Of a stretch of DNA of 64,000 nt, positions 1 to 11,749 are shown in pieces. Below the pieces are notes generated by a model that was given only the letters and a program-made list of their open reading frames with translations, searched no databases and had not been told where the DNA came from. Source of the DNA: Octopus bimaculoides. Taxonomy: Eukaryota. Made by a program: the position numbers and the translations under genes. Position 1 is the first letter of the stretch; the number at the start of each line of letters is the position of its first letter. The stretch covers positions 164,608,636-164,672,635 of the forward strand of contig NC_068982.1 in the NCBI RefSeq assembly GCF_001194135.2, read 5' to 3'.

Positions 1-46
1 AAGTTATGATCATCCGAAGTCAGGTGGGGGGCAGAAATCTGTACTT

Positions 47-225
47 ATGCAAATTTTTCTACAATATCAAGGTCAGCCAAAAGAATGTCACTGTCCAGGG
101 GAAAGAGAGATAGCTGCAGAAAGGGAAACATGCCGACAAACGAACAGACTGTGCACTACAAAAGTCAGAGCATCTCAAAGTGATGAACAGAGGCATGCAC
201 GACTGACAAGGAATAGGATCTCCAC
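47..225 (+). mobile_element. Possible Helitron N-terminal charged-repeat fragment
   Basis: Translation AERETCRQTNRLCTTKVRASQSDEQRHARLTRNR resembles the RASE-x-x-EQR-x-ARL repeats at the N-terminus of animal Helitron Rep/Hel proteins. No Rep or helicase motifs follow. Confidence 0.3.
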
Positions 226-487
226 ACATACATACATATATACATACATTCATATGCGTATACACATGCACATTGACGCACACACGTGCGCACAAACAAA
301 CAAAAAGAACGCAGCTCTGATAACGGACAAAGTCAACGACTATTGAAGAGTTCGCAAGATGCAACGAAAATTTTAGAAACAATGAATAAGTAAATGATTG
401 GAAATCAAACAGGTGAATGTGGTAAGTAGTAACGCACTAAACGAGAATGACTCTCATCAGACACAATAATATATACATATATATACA

Positions 488-673
488 TCTGTGTGTGTGT
501 GTGCACGTGTGTGTGCCTGTGTGCCTGTGTGCCTCTATTTGTGTTTGTCCCCCACCAGGTTTCAAAGTAAAATAAGTACTGGAATCGATTCATTCGCCTA
601 AAACAAATTCTTCAAGGTGGTGTCCCAGGATGGCCGTAGTATAATGACTGAAACATGTAAAAGATAAAAGATA
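488..673 (+). mobile_element. SINE family A, 3' half
   Basis: (TG)n, then gtgtttgtccccc...aataagtactgg..tcgatt...ggtggtgtcccaggatggccgtagt..atgactgaaacatgtaaaagataaaagata. Colinear with the 3' half of the full copy at 20768-21207. Confidence 0.8.
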
Positions 674-1619
674 GTTGTTTTAGTAATTCTGCCGAAAATT
701 TCTAAAATGAAGGAAATATTGCTATATATGATTACTGCACATTTAGGAAGTTTTTAGAATTACGTTATTAGAAAACAAAACAATTAGATATGTGAATTCT
801 ATGCATTTTTCAATAATTCCTTAAATTCAGATTCCTCATCCTACCAAATACTATGCAGAAAGGATTATCTCCCTTGTAATAACTGCCACCACTAGAGAAA
901 AATTCACGTAATTGAAAATCAATTGAAATTACCTATTTTCATTACCTGTATAGCTTAATTATATAGTTAAAGAGGTAATTATGTTTATTTCTAATGAAAT
1001 AGCTATTGAAATTAATTAGATTGATATATTTGTGAAATTTATGCTTTTCTGAATAGAAATGCATACATATGTGCATATATATAAACACACACAAACCCGT
1101 GCGCACACGCACACACATACCGACACATGTATATTATATATATCCTTACCTTTTCATCGCATTTGTGCAACAGAAGGCGTATATCTGAGATTCGAGAGCT
1201 AGTGTATATGTATAAAAAAATATTGGCATGTTATTCTGTAAGAATTACGTTTCTGTCAGTCCAAAGCACCAACACACATTTAATCTCAATTTAACATACC
1301 TCAGTTAAGATGCTAATGCCCGAAGGATAGATAAAATAGTTTTATATCTCCCAGCTCATAAAATAAATTGGTTTTGATCTTGGTGAAAAAAAAGTTATTA
1401 CCTTTAAAATCGTGCAGATAATATTTGGAATCGCAGTGTCTCTGGTTGTAAGTTACTTCACTTTATTCATGTTATTAATGCTAACGGAAATAGTTTAGAA
1501 ACCATAATTTCATCATAACGTCATCAAGACATGTCTTCCCAGACATGAGAATGTAATGTATAACCAGTACACTGACATATGGATTAGAAAAGGGCTATAT
1601 AAACATACTGGCATGCACT

Positions 1620-1717
1620 CTTTAAGATACATAAATACATACATACATACTTATATACATATATATATATATATAAATATATGTAAATGAATGTATATAC
1701 ATATATATATACATATA

Positions 1718-1777
<60 letters not shown>

Positions 1778-1862
1778 TGCGTCTGCATCCTACACACATA
1801 TACTTAGATACATATATACGTACGTACATAGATATATATATATACATGTATGTATATATATG
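1620..1862. repeat. (TA)n/(TACA)n microsatellite
   Basis: Directly visible dinucleotide and tetranucleotide repeats. Confidence 0.95.
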
Positions 1863-2999
1863 CAAATGTGTGCGCTTGCGACAGATTAACCGATTGCCCG
1901 AAGATTGCCCGAACTGAAATGCAACAATAACTGCCCAGAATGATCCTTAATAAAAGTATATTCAAAGCAGTGGAAGCGGGTGGCATCTCTCGTGAAAAGC
2001 TATTATTTTTCATGTAAGAACTTAATTTGGTAGCCACTACGTTTATAGAAGTTTAAAGTCTAATGCATTTTGCTACATATAAGCACTCAATAGTATTATA
2101 TTTTAAAATTCAAATGTGTAAATGTTATGCATCTAAATCATACGTTTTAAATAAGATGTTAGGATTAAAATGATCGTTAACAGACTTCCATATCTTTTAG
2201 TATATTCATCATCATTGGAGTACTTTAATTCTTGAAAAATTTAAAAAATAAATTGAGGTCAGAGAATTATGAATTGGTAAGCATCCCATGGAAATAAAAG
2301 CATTATCGTAACGTATGGGAAACGGTATGCTCAACAGATGTACATATATATATATGTACACGGGTAATGGAATAGAAATACGTTCACCGAAATTAAATCT
2401 CGTTAAAAGTTAGAATAAACCGAATTTGATAGGATAATAGATCTGTTCCCATCAAGCTTTAGAAAATTTTAATATTTTCATATCAATTTGCTCGATGTTT
2501 TTGCTTTCGTTTCCCAACAGAGTCATAAGTATGTTACGAGGGAACCAATGTTTGAGTATGCTACATAAATTTGCTCATTAACAAAACAGCATTCCACCAG
2601 ATGCAGCCTAGAAATCGTCAGGGATTATCCTTCCGATGTATTGGTAGACATGACATGATATTAGGTATTCAGGAACCGTTTCTTAAGTTGAATTAGCTCA
2701 TCTACTTTTGTGTATATAGCCAGATTAGTATAGTTTGTACTATGTAGAATAAACTTAGCAATTGGATTTGTACTAAAGCAAATCCAGAACTGGTGTAAAT
2801 GATATAACAGCGTTATTGGGGAAACTTTCATTCAGCTGACGTCAGTGTGGCGGTACGTCCTAAGGTTCGACGAGTCTTAAATTCTTGTCGAATGGTGAAA
2901 TTGTTTTCCATTATGTAAACAGTGTCCACTGATTTTTATGTATGAATATATCCTGCAAGAGCTAACAGTTGATGCTGTAGAGACAAGCATAATTTTTGT

Positions 3000-4745
3000 G
3001 TAGGCATTAGTTTGTTAGTTAATGTTGTTTTGCGCTTGGAGACCCTTGACCTATCAGTTTCGTAGCTATCATAACCATTAAGCTTATAGAAGGTCGCAGT
3101 CATGGCGCCATTACCACTGTAAGAAAAGCTTCCTTCTCTAATTTGTGAGAAAGTCTGGACATGATGGGAGGGTTGATGTCCAATTAGATTGGCTCTTATG
3201 CTTGGAGACAGTTTGAAGATTTTCAAATAATCACGGTTTATTTCAGTGAGTAGGGTCTAATGGAGGTCACGTTGAATACTGTTTCTATCTGTGATCTAGA
3301 TGGGGTGTCCCATGTAGTGATATTATAGATCCCTTGTAACCCATAGTGCATTCATTCCTGGTAACCATTTGCCATCTGTTAAAAACCTATGACGTTCTGA
3401 ACATTAGCAATGTTACCCAACAAGTGCATTATTTGTACGTAAGTCCAAGTTGAGTTCGAAAGCAGAATTTGTAGTACAGCTCCCAGAAAACTGCAAAAGT
3501 GTTAGATTTATATTGACGGACTTTTAGAAGCTATACAACTGACTGTAAATATCCTTCTTTCCGTTGCACCATTGATACCAAACAATCAAATTCGAGCATT
3601 CCAAAATAACAGAATAGACTGCCTTTTTTGCTTACAGTGAATTTGGACTGATTATCATTGATATATGTTAATAAACTATCGAAAATACATGATGGAATTT
3701 TAAAACTGCTGTTGCCAAGTTATTGATTTCAGTGTAGTTAAGATGGAGGCTGTCTTATTTTTAAAGTTTCAGGCCATTCATATCATTGACTTTTGCGAGG
3801 AAAGTTGAATCTGGGCACCCTATATCCATGCTAGGGTGCCTCTCAGAAGATTGAGGCTTAAGATCTTCGGCGAAATCATCACTATAGTTTGGCTTAAAGC
3901 TGCAGCTGATTGTATGTGTTATAGCATTTCATCAGTATTATGATAAAAATACTAAAACTCTTGGCCATATAGCCGACATAAGCATCTGTTCTGCAGCCCA
4001 AAGGAAACCACCGCCAGCAATTTAAGCATAAACCATGTTTTATATTGCAACTTTTCACACTCACTTTTCGAAGATCTTGAAGTAAACTTGAAATTCATAC
4101 ATTAGGGTAAAGTCGTACAGAGAAATATCTATGTTGACCGGCCTGAACAGCATATTTTCTACCAATAGCACTGTCAAAACTTACGCCATGCTGGCTTTCA
4201 ATAGGAGCACCTTTTTTGTTAATATCCAATGATTGTTGTTCGATATATAGCAAACTGGAACCTGACGGCACAGTAACGTCTATGCAGCATTGTGCCACTT
4301 GGTCTTTATATTTGCTGTGCCAGCAGTAGTTTAAGCTAAGTAGGCCTGTTTGCTATTTGCATGAGGACAGCAACTTGTTGAAAGCTGGAGTAACTTTGTA
4401 AGTGCAAAACAAAATGTAAAGATGTCTGAGAGTATCGTTGCTGCAGATGATTTGTAATTTTTCGGAATTAGTTAACTTCATTGCAGCCGATGTTTTTAGT
4501 TGGAATAGAACAAGGCAACATGAGTTTCTATGATGACATACTTAATGAACTTTTTTGAATGTTATAACTCGAATTGGTGTGTACATTAAATATATTAGCC
4601 GTGAGTATGGGACTGCATGTTTGTTGTCACTTCCATGCTCTCTTACTATGGACTGGAAACCTACACTTCCCAGTATCTTCTGTAAGAGTGCATGCCATCT
4701 TCACTTGTTCCCAAACATCTTTCTGTGTTCCTCAAAATGTTGGAA
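3000..4745 (-). mobile_element. Degenerate DIRS-type retrotransposon ORF (RT - RNase H - adenine-methyltransferase-like domain)
   Basis: Frameshifted minus-strand motifs occur in DIRS order and spacing. RT: GFQS..SPIL (~4660-4605), FCFALT/PAFNKLL (~4415-4370), INKK..PIESQHGVSFDS (~4230-4170). RNase H: G(W)GAQ (~3825), DSLHLNYTEINNLATAVLKF (3754-3695, cf. SLHINxLELxAVxLALxxF), DSLLTYIND (cf. DNxTxVxYIN). MT: HGTPHLD (~3310, cf. WGxPxIDLFA) and DINPPIMSRLSHKLEKEAFLTVVMAP (~3180-3105, cf. FPP..LIxRVLxKIxxE..LVAP). Many stops are present. Confidence 0.62.
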
Positions 4746-4940
4746 TGTCATACCGTCCACTCAGTATTACAGTGTAATTACTATATCAGCACAGACACGA
4801 CTTTCAACACAGTCTACGCGTACTCTCGTACTCTACGTAATCTCATAATACTGGCCGACTCATTCCACTGACTCATTCCACTTCTCATTCCACTCATCAC
4901 GTGGAAGTGGTGTACCATTATTACTAATTCCCTACAACAT
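4746..4940 (-). mobile_element. Gypsy 3' LTR (195 bp, TG...CA)
   Basis: Minus strand reads TGTTGTAGGG...GGTATGACA. It is preceded by the purine tract AAGAAAAACTTAAAAGGAGTGA (4941-4962) and aligns with the LTR at 6070-6143 + 7679-7795. Confidence 0.85.
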
Positions 4941-5909
4941 CACTCCTTTTAAGTTTTTCTTAGGAAGTGTTATTTTATTTAGCAATAATTTCTTTCATAC
5001 CCCCACCTCCCTTTTTGGAGTTTATTTTTCTTTTTTTTTCGTACAATTTTATATTTATTTTCTCTTGGCATCGATTGTTAGGAACTGTATGTTTTCTTTT
5101 CCTTTCACTTGTACGCCTAGGTTCAATCGCCTGCAGTAGCGTTCATACTTGGAACATATCGTACAACCATTCCACGGGTTCCTCCAGCTTCTTTGGTTAG
5201 CTTTACACGAATCTCTTTTTCAGTTGGTTCCTGTGTCTCTTTTGTATGCCTTTTCTAACTTTTCCCTAACATCATTTTACCTATGTATTTGGCAATTCGC
5301 CCTCTCTTCAGTTCTGTTTACCATTTTTGTATGTCCTGAAATACAACTTATCCCCAACTTTAAAAAATCTTCCTATGTCTTCTCTGGTATTTTTTCTGCT
5401 CTTGTCAGGTAACAATTTATCAAACATTGACTTTATTTTCCTTTTAAAAATCAGCTCCAGTGGTGAGCTACCTGTTGGTGTATTCGGATTTTGGTGTTCC
5501 AGGGTATACATTTTAAAATTATTGAAGAGCTGCATCATCCATGGTTTCCTTATTTGCTTTTCTCAAAGCTCTTTTGAGGGTATCAACAAAGCATTCTGCC
5601 TGTCCATTAGATCTGGGATCGTATGGTGCCATAATTATATGATCTACCGCGAACGTTTCACAAATTTCTTTAAATTCTTTAGACACAAATTGCATTCTAC
5701 TGTCATCAATTACTTGTCTTAAGTATTTGATTTTTTTTTTCAGCAAGCATTCACACTTTATTTCCACACCAAAAGGAAACCGCCGAAATTTACTATAAGT
5801 CATGGTGTGTGTTGATTTGTAACAAATGTGAGTATGTGTGACTACTAAGAAATCGTTCACCCTTGTGAGTTTATTAACTTCTTTTCGAAATTGGCTTATC
5901 CCCCTCGCC
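4941..5909 (-). mobile_element. Gypsy (Mag-like) internal region, heavily deleted: PBS, RT scraps, integrase core
   Basis: PBS-like TGGCGAGGGGAT (5909-5898). RT scraps INTHH..KFRRFPFGV and CECLLKKKIKYLRQVID. Integrase QFVSKEFKEICETFAVDHIIMAPYDPRSNGQAECFVDTLKRALRK, then TPTGSSPLELIFKRKIKSMFDKLLP and FFKVGDKLYFRTYK. Confidence 0.9.
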
Positions 5910-6069
5910 ACTCTAATAAAGAGATCTTTTGCCACTGTTGCATTTGCCTTTTGACGACGATTGTCACTCTCACAGATATTACTGTATTCCAAAGTCCTCG
6001 ATAGAATGTTTCTATCTGGTAGTGTATGACCCCTGGTCGTACAGCGTTATTATTTTCAAAAGGTTGAAT

Positions 6070-7795
6070 TGATATAACGTCCACTCAGTATTACAATATA
6101 ATTACCATATCAGCACAAACACGACTATCAATACAGTCTACACTAGAGTGGAGCGAAAGCTGCAACTTTTGAAATCGGTAACCAAGAATCAATATTTTGT
6201 TGCTGACAAGGGTTAAAAGAAAGGTATATAAGGAACTTTGCGGTTGAATACTTTTTTAGGCTCCGCAGCACAACTGAAAACTTTGAAAATCGTTATTTTT
6301 TTCGAATTTTGGATTTAATGGATTATAAGTTGTAAGGAATACATAGCAGAATGCAAAACAGTAAATATAGTATCCTTAAGAGGTTGCATACCACGTTTCA
6401 ATACAATTGACTAATATCTTGACTATAAAGAGAACGAGAGCGTGAACTTCTCTACAGTACCACTGCAACCGTCCTTGCGTGTGGACGTACGTCGTACCTG
6501 TGTGAAGTTTTCTGCTTTGTATCTTGAATTTAGGCCATTCTATTAAAATTAATGATCGTGTTAAATTTAGTGTTGTTTACATTTAGTGATGACTCATAAG
6601 TCATTAACGCGTCAGGATACTGAATACCCAATATTTGGTACTACATGTGATCTTAGCGAGCAGGTTTTACGAACTTACAAGGACGTACTAAAATGCTTTA
6701 TTTGAACGAGAGAAAGAAAAGGATGTAGTTAAGAAAGATCTTTCAATTAAACAAATTGTCAAGATTGTAGCAGAAAAGATAATTCATTTTTCCAAAAGCA
6801 CCCATCCCTTGTGTTGCGATTGAGTCCGTTAAACCGAAAATCTTAAACTTTTATCTAAAGTACCGAGCATTACTAGAATTTGTGAAAAATAGAAGAAATT
6901 TTCTATCATTTCAAACAAAGTGTAATGTGTTTAAAAAGACTTATTTGATATTTCCTGGTGCAAGTGCAACTCCTTTAAAAACTGCACTTGTAGTAGAGAC
7001 AAAAATGTTCCACAGAGAAAACAAGATTTTTTACAGGATCAGTGAAAAAATCGAAAAATATCATGGGTAGAATAGATCAAGCAGTAGCTAAATAAAGGTT
7101 CATTAGAAAGAATCAGCTAGATCACAGTCACATTTCTACGTCAGCAAAGTTTTAAATTTTCGTTTAAATGACTCAATCGTAACACAAAGAATGGATGCTT
7201 TTTGTGAAAGAAGAATTATTTTCTGCTACAATCGTGACAATTCGTTTATTTTATTTTAATTGTGTGTGTAATGTAGACCTCATGTTACACATATATTCGG
7301 TGATCTAGTATCAAAGATGATAAAGAAAACGAAGTCGAAAAGTCTATTTATTTCACATAATTTCGAAATTATACGTGCGTTGTGGAAGATAAAAAAAAAA
7401 AAATTCTAGAGCTTGAGATTGTAATAGTCTTGTTTTTAAAGAATTTTGCAAAAGAAAATCGATCCGTAATAATGAATGTAAAAATTAAAACGAGGGACGG
7501 CAAACATGATTTTTCGCTCATCATTCAAAATTACAAGTGGGCTGCGGCGCTTGAAGGTGTCAAATTCAGAACTTCAGATTTTAACACACTTGTTTCTAAA
7601 GAATTTCGCAATAAAAAATATATTCTTAAGAACATATTTCGAAAGTCTATGTAAAAGTACCTTTTTCGTTCCATCCTAGTCTACCTCGAATTCTCGTACT
7701 CTACGTACTCTCTCGATACTGGCCGACTTCACCTTACTTATAGTGATTTTTCATTCCACTCGTTAAGTGGTAGGGGTTACCATTATTAGTAACTG
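6070..7795 (-). mobile_element. Gypsy LTR copy interrupted by a hAT insertion
   Basis: 6070-6143 (tgatataacgtccactcagtattac...cagtctacac) and 7679-~7795 (gtctacctcgaattctcgtactctacgta...gatactggccgac...cattccactc...accattatta) together align end to end with the 4746-4940 LTR. Confidence 0.8.
6144..7678 (+). mobile_element. Non-autonomous hAT-superfamily DNA transposon (TAG-termini type) with transposase N-terminal remnant
   Basis: Imperfect TIRs: TAGAGTGGAGCGAAAG at left and TAGGATGGAACGAAAA (reverse complement) at right. Degenerate 8-bp TSD gtctacac/gtctacct. Internal translation LSIKQIVKIVAEKIIHF...FDISWCKCNSFKNCTCSRDKNVPQRKQDFLQDQ..IMGRID (~6740-7080). Subgroup assignment (hATm-like) is from memory. 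Confidence 0.7.
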
Positions 7796-8584
7796 AAACC
7801 ACCGTGTTTCTCACTTTAGATTCTATGGTCTGATTCCGCATCGTAATTTGTAGAGGCTATTATATGAAAATTAGGTGTTCGTAAGATACTTGTTTAGGGG
7901 ATTGGGGTAGGTGGGGCGGGAGAGTTGCTTTAAAAATGACTTTATCTGACATTCACGTGTCGCACATTTTTAGATGTTGAATGTAGATGTGTAGTTAGGA
8001 TATTAAAAGGTCTTGAGTTTTTCAGTTTGGATTTTCGCTTACAAATAGCGCATTCTGTGATTGGTATCGTTTATCACTGACACCGCATACTGTAAACGAT
8101 TTCTTCTTCAAATATATAGTTAGTTTTGCTGTTACATCCAGACGACATCGAGGCAGCATTACATAAGGTACATCAGGGCAGTACGATTAGTCTCTGGATC
8201 ATTGTAAGCATTACAGATAGCGACTGAATAGATTTAGGGATAAAGTGGTATAAAATAAAGTTAGACGACTGGTAACAAAACAATCACACCTTCATGATAT
8301 AAAAAGCTTAAAGATATTATTTACTTTAGAAATTATGTTGACAAGAAAATTAAACAAAGAAGTAAAACTTGGTCACATGTGCGAATCAAACTGATTACTT
8401 AATGGGACGAAACTAAATATGCGAAGTTTCGACTAAGAACGAATTAAATTAAGCTGGCGTATATGGAAATAAGGCCATACAGCAGGGATACAAGATTTCA
8501 CAGGCACAGGGAGGAATAACGAAGTTGCACGCACACCGGCCGGCCAAGAAAGAAAGGTCAGGCTTGGCCGAACATCGCTGACGT

Positions 8585-8593
8585 AGAAAGAGA

Positions 8594-8642
<49 letters not shown>
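8585..8642. repeat. (GA)n microsatellite
   Basis: Directly visible. Confidence 0.95.
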
Positions 8643-8643
<1 letters not shown>

Positions 8644-8900
8644 CAGAGGGGTAAAAGAATTAAGGATGGGCAAGAAAAAATGATAGGGACACAGTGAAGT
8701 GAAAAGTGGAGGGAAAGTGAGCAAGAAAAGAAAGCAAGGAAATGTGAGTGAGGGGGAACGAAAGAACGAACAGTGCAATGAACGAATAAGGGTGAAGGGG
8801 CTGATAGACTGAAATAGAGTCCTTGTTTTTGAATACACTCGCTGCACTCTTCCAAGGAATCTAATGCTCTTAGCTTAGTTTTTCCTTGGGGCAGAGTATG

Positions 8901-9067
8901 TATATACGACACGCTTCTTTTAATTTCCGTCTACAGAATCCACTCCCCCGGCTTTAGTTGGCCCGAGGCTATAGTAGTAGAAGATACTTGTCGAAGGTGC
9001 AATGCAGTTGAATTGAACCTGAAACCATGTGGTTGGGAAGCAAACTTCTTAGCACAGCCACGCCTGC
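8901..9067 (-). mobile_element. SINE family A, 5' half (tRNA-derived head)
   Basis: Reverse complement gives gcaggcgtggctgtgctaagaagtttgcttcccaaccacatggtttcaggttcaattc...cttcgacaagtatcttctac..tatagcctcgggcc...gtggattctgtagacggaaat, matching 20768-20925. Confidence 0.85.
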
Positions 9068-11749
9068 CGTAAGAAGTGTATATAAAGTATTATATCTAAT
9101 TCTATGTGAGATTATATATATAGCGTTTAGCCCTGTAGAAGTCTAGATCTAAATACCATACATTAATTAATTTCGGTCTTGAATTTAAAGTACAACTGTA
9201 TCTCCTATTATTTCAACCTACCATATCATACTATCTTTGATCTTGTGTCTGTGCTAATATAATAACTACTATACTAAAATATATGCTATAATCAATTATT
9301 GAAAAATCTGAAATTCGTGATGTGTATAGACAGGAAAGCAGTTTTGATTTTTCGTTGCTTGAAGTTCAATATTTGACCGTTTAAATCTCATGAGCGTCTC
9401 TGCCGACAAATACTTTATCATTATAGTATAGCGAGCATAAACAAGCTTGGGTATCATCACGGAAATTTTATTTCGCACCATGGTTTGTCCTCGAGTGTTG
9501 TAGTAAGAAGTTAGTCAGAGGTGGTTATGATAATAATTATTTGAAATGCACTAGCATTTCAGATTTCCATTCAAATAATTGTAGAGTGGTTGGGACTCAA
9601 ACATAACAATCTAATAGAACAGTCTCTAAATTTGTTTTCATCCACTTTAATGCACCTATATTTTCTACAGTATATAACTTTGTAACAATTTGTGTCATGA
9701 AATAGGAGGAAAATTCTGTCAATTCGAGTCTGTAAAAGCATAAAATTTTGCTTTTAAGTAATTTCACCTAGGAATGCCGTGAACGCATACAATAGCCCAT
9801 TCCAGAATTTCATAAAATAAAGGCACTCCATATTTGGGGAGGAAAGAAATAGCACCGGTATTATAATATTTGGAAGACCTGGTTGCAAGTGTAACTTCCT
9901 TTTACTGATCATGTTTGTTGGAAACTTGTAAATCTTACATTTTAATTACATGATCATATGTTTTGTATAAAAAGAAATCAATAATATTTAGCTTTTTCGT
10001 TTCTTATCATGAGTTCATCAGAGATTACTTGGCTTTAGTATAATTTTTGATCATGTCTAAATCTGAAAACAGAAATTTTTTTTCGAAATGAGTAATGATA
10101 CTTTATTCGAAATTGATTCAAAATTCAATATATGATATATCTAGGAATATTTTATAAATTAGCTGTAATAAAATATTGTTATCATTAATATATTACACTC
10201 GAATAAAATCTAGACTTGTTTAAATATGATTAATAGCGTTTATTAATATTGATTGCTAGTGTGGGCATCAGGCCTTAAGAATGCTTATTAATGTTAATTT
10301 TAAATTGTCACAGTTGGAGAGAGGCCATATTCTCTTCTAGCCCAACACACTAAAGATATATTAAAACGTATAAGAAATACAAGTAGAAATGGAATGGAGT
10401 TCATGGTAGTGTAGGGGGCAATGATGTTGCGAGGAGTATGAAGGTAAGGCTGTTGATAATAATTGGAATGTAACCAATGCTAGCTTAACGCAATAAAGTT
10501 ACATCCGTTTTATATAATTTAATAATACTCAGATATTGGAATCATTAATTTCATTAATCATATTAGATTTACGACCTAACTAGTTGTTAATTCAATAATA
10601 TTCTGTTATTTAATTTCATTGATATGTTTTTCCTCAATTTAATGTTATTTACCTCGTATTAAATCTATTAATATTATTGAATTAGAAATATATTTTATAT
10701 TTTAATACAAAATCTAAATATTCCTACAGCCATTATGTCTTCTCGTGTTGAAGAAAAAAAAAAGGAGAAAAAGGAGATATAAGGTTGTATTTCAACACCG
10801 GTAACTTATGAAGCTCTGTTCTGAGAAGTAGTTATCAGTCGCTATCACAAGATCTAACCGGATAATTCTCCGTTTAAAAGAATGACTTATTAATCTCTAA
10901 CATAACATTAACGATTTTTGAATCACTACCAGTAACTCCTGATTTTCCAAAACCCATAATGTTAAACAAACAAAAAACAAATTATAGGCAGTTTCATTTC
11001 AGGATTTTACTATTTGTGAGCTGATCAGTCCGAGAAACAATTGTGCGCTAAACTAAATATTCTTCTTTACGGGGTTTTGGCATATTCGAACTGGTAATAA
11101 TATTGTAAATATTTTTCTGTATTTAGCTAATTCTCCTTAATGTTCCGGACGAAAATCTCCTTCGTACTTGAGCCATTGAAATATGCACTAATAAGATTAA
11201 AGAGAGTATTAAATCAATTATTATGCGCCCCTCCTGTTTTAGGTAATCTCTAATTAAATATAAAAACCGTTTCGAGAATAAACTCAGAGAAGACATCTGT
11301 GTGAAAGACAACAGCTAAGTTCGTGTTAGCATATGTAATGACGGCCACATTAGAATTTTAACTAGATTAGAATAAAAAAATACCATTCAGTGAGTAATAA
11401 CTTAATCACTTTTGGCAAAGGAGAAAATTATGGATGTATTTTTGTATTTTTATGACCTCTAGTTACCCTCAATAAAACATAAATAAGAATTACCGTATTT
11501 TTGAGATGAATTAGGCTAGATTGCATAAATAAATGAAGGCAGGTGCAAACTAGCCAGTGGAGAAAATTCCAATTATGTCGAGAGTTAGTAACATAGAGAA
11601 TCTTTTCAGATAAAAGATAATAAAAATTTTTATCCAAGGAAAACAATAATCTTGGAATATTGTAAAGGTAGATTATTATTTTTACTCGTATTTCGGTTTG
11701 GAGAATAAGTACCCAAAACCTCTGAAGGCCAAATTAAGTGCCAATAAAT

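Noticed and set aside
1150-1184. Other AG...GT micro-exon candidates (minus 1150-1184, 25339-25372, 25766-25811; plus ~8139-8164, 10314-10443, 36702-36780, ~38592-38623)
   Set aside because: No recognisable protein. 25766-25811 joined to 25339-25372 gives stops in all frames, and 10314-10443 has stops in all frames. Such sites are expected by chance.
3600-3890. SDDFA and SKKGS-x5-G-x2-EF on the minus strand resemble orthomyxovirus PB1 motifs C-E (possible endogenous viral element)
   Set aside because: The motifs are about 85 codons apart and in different frames, versus roughly 30-35 residues in PB1. The same stretch is better explained by colinear DIRS RNase H motifs.
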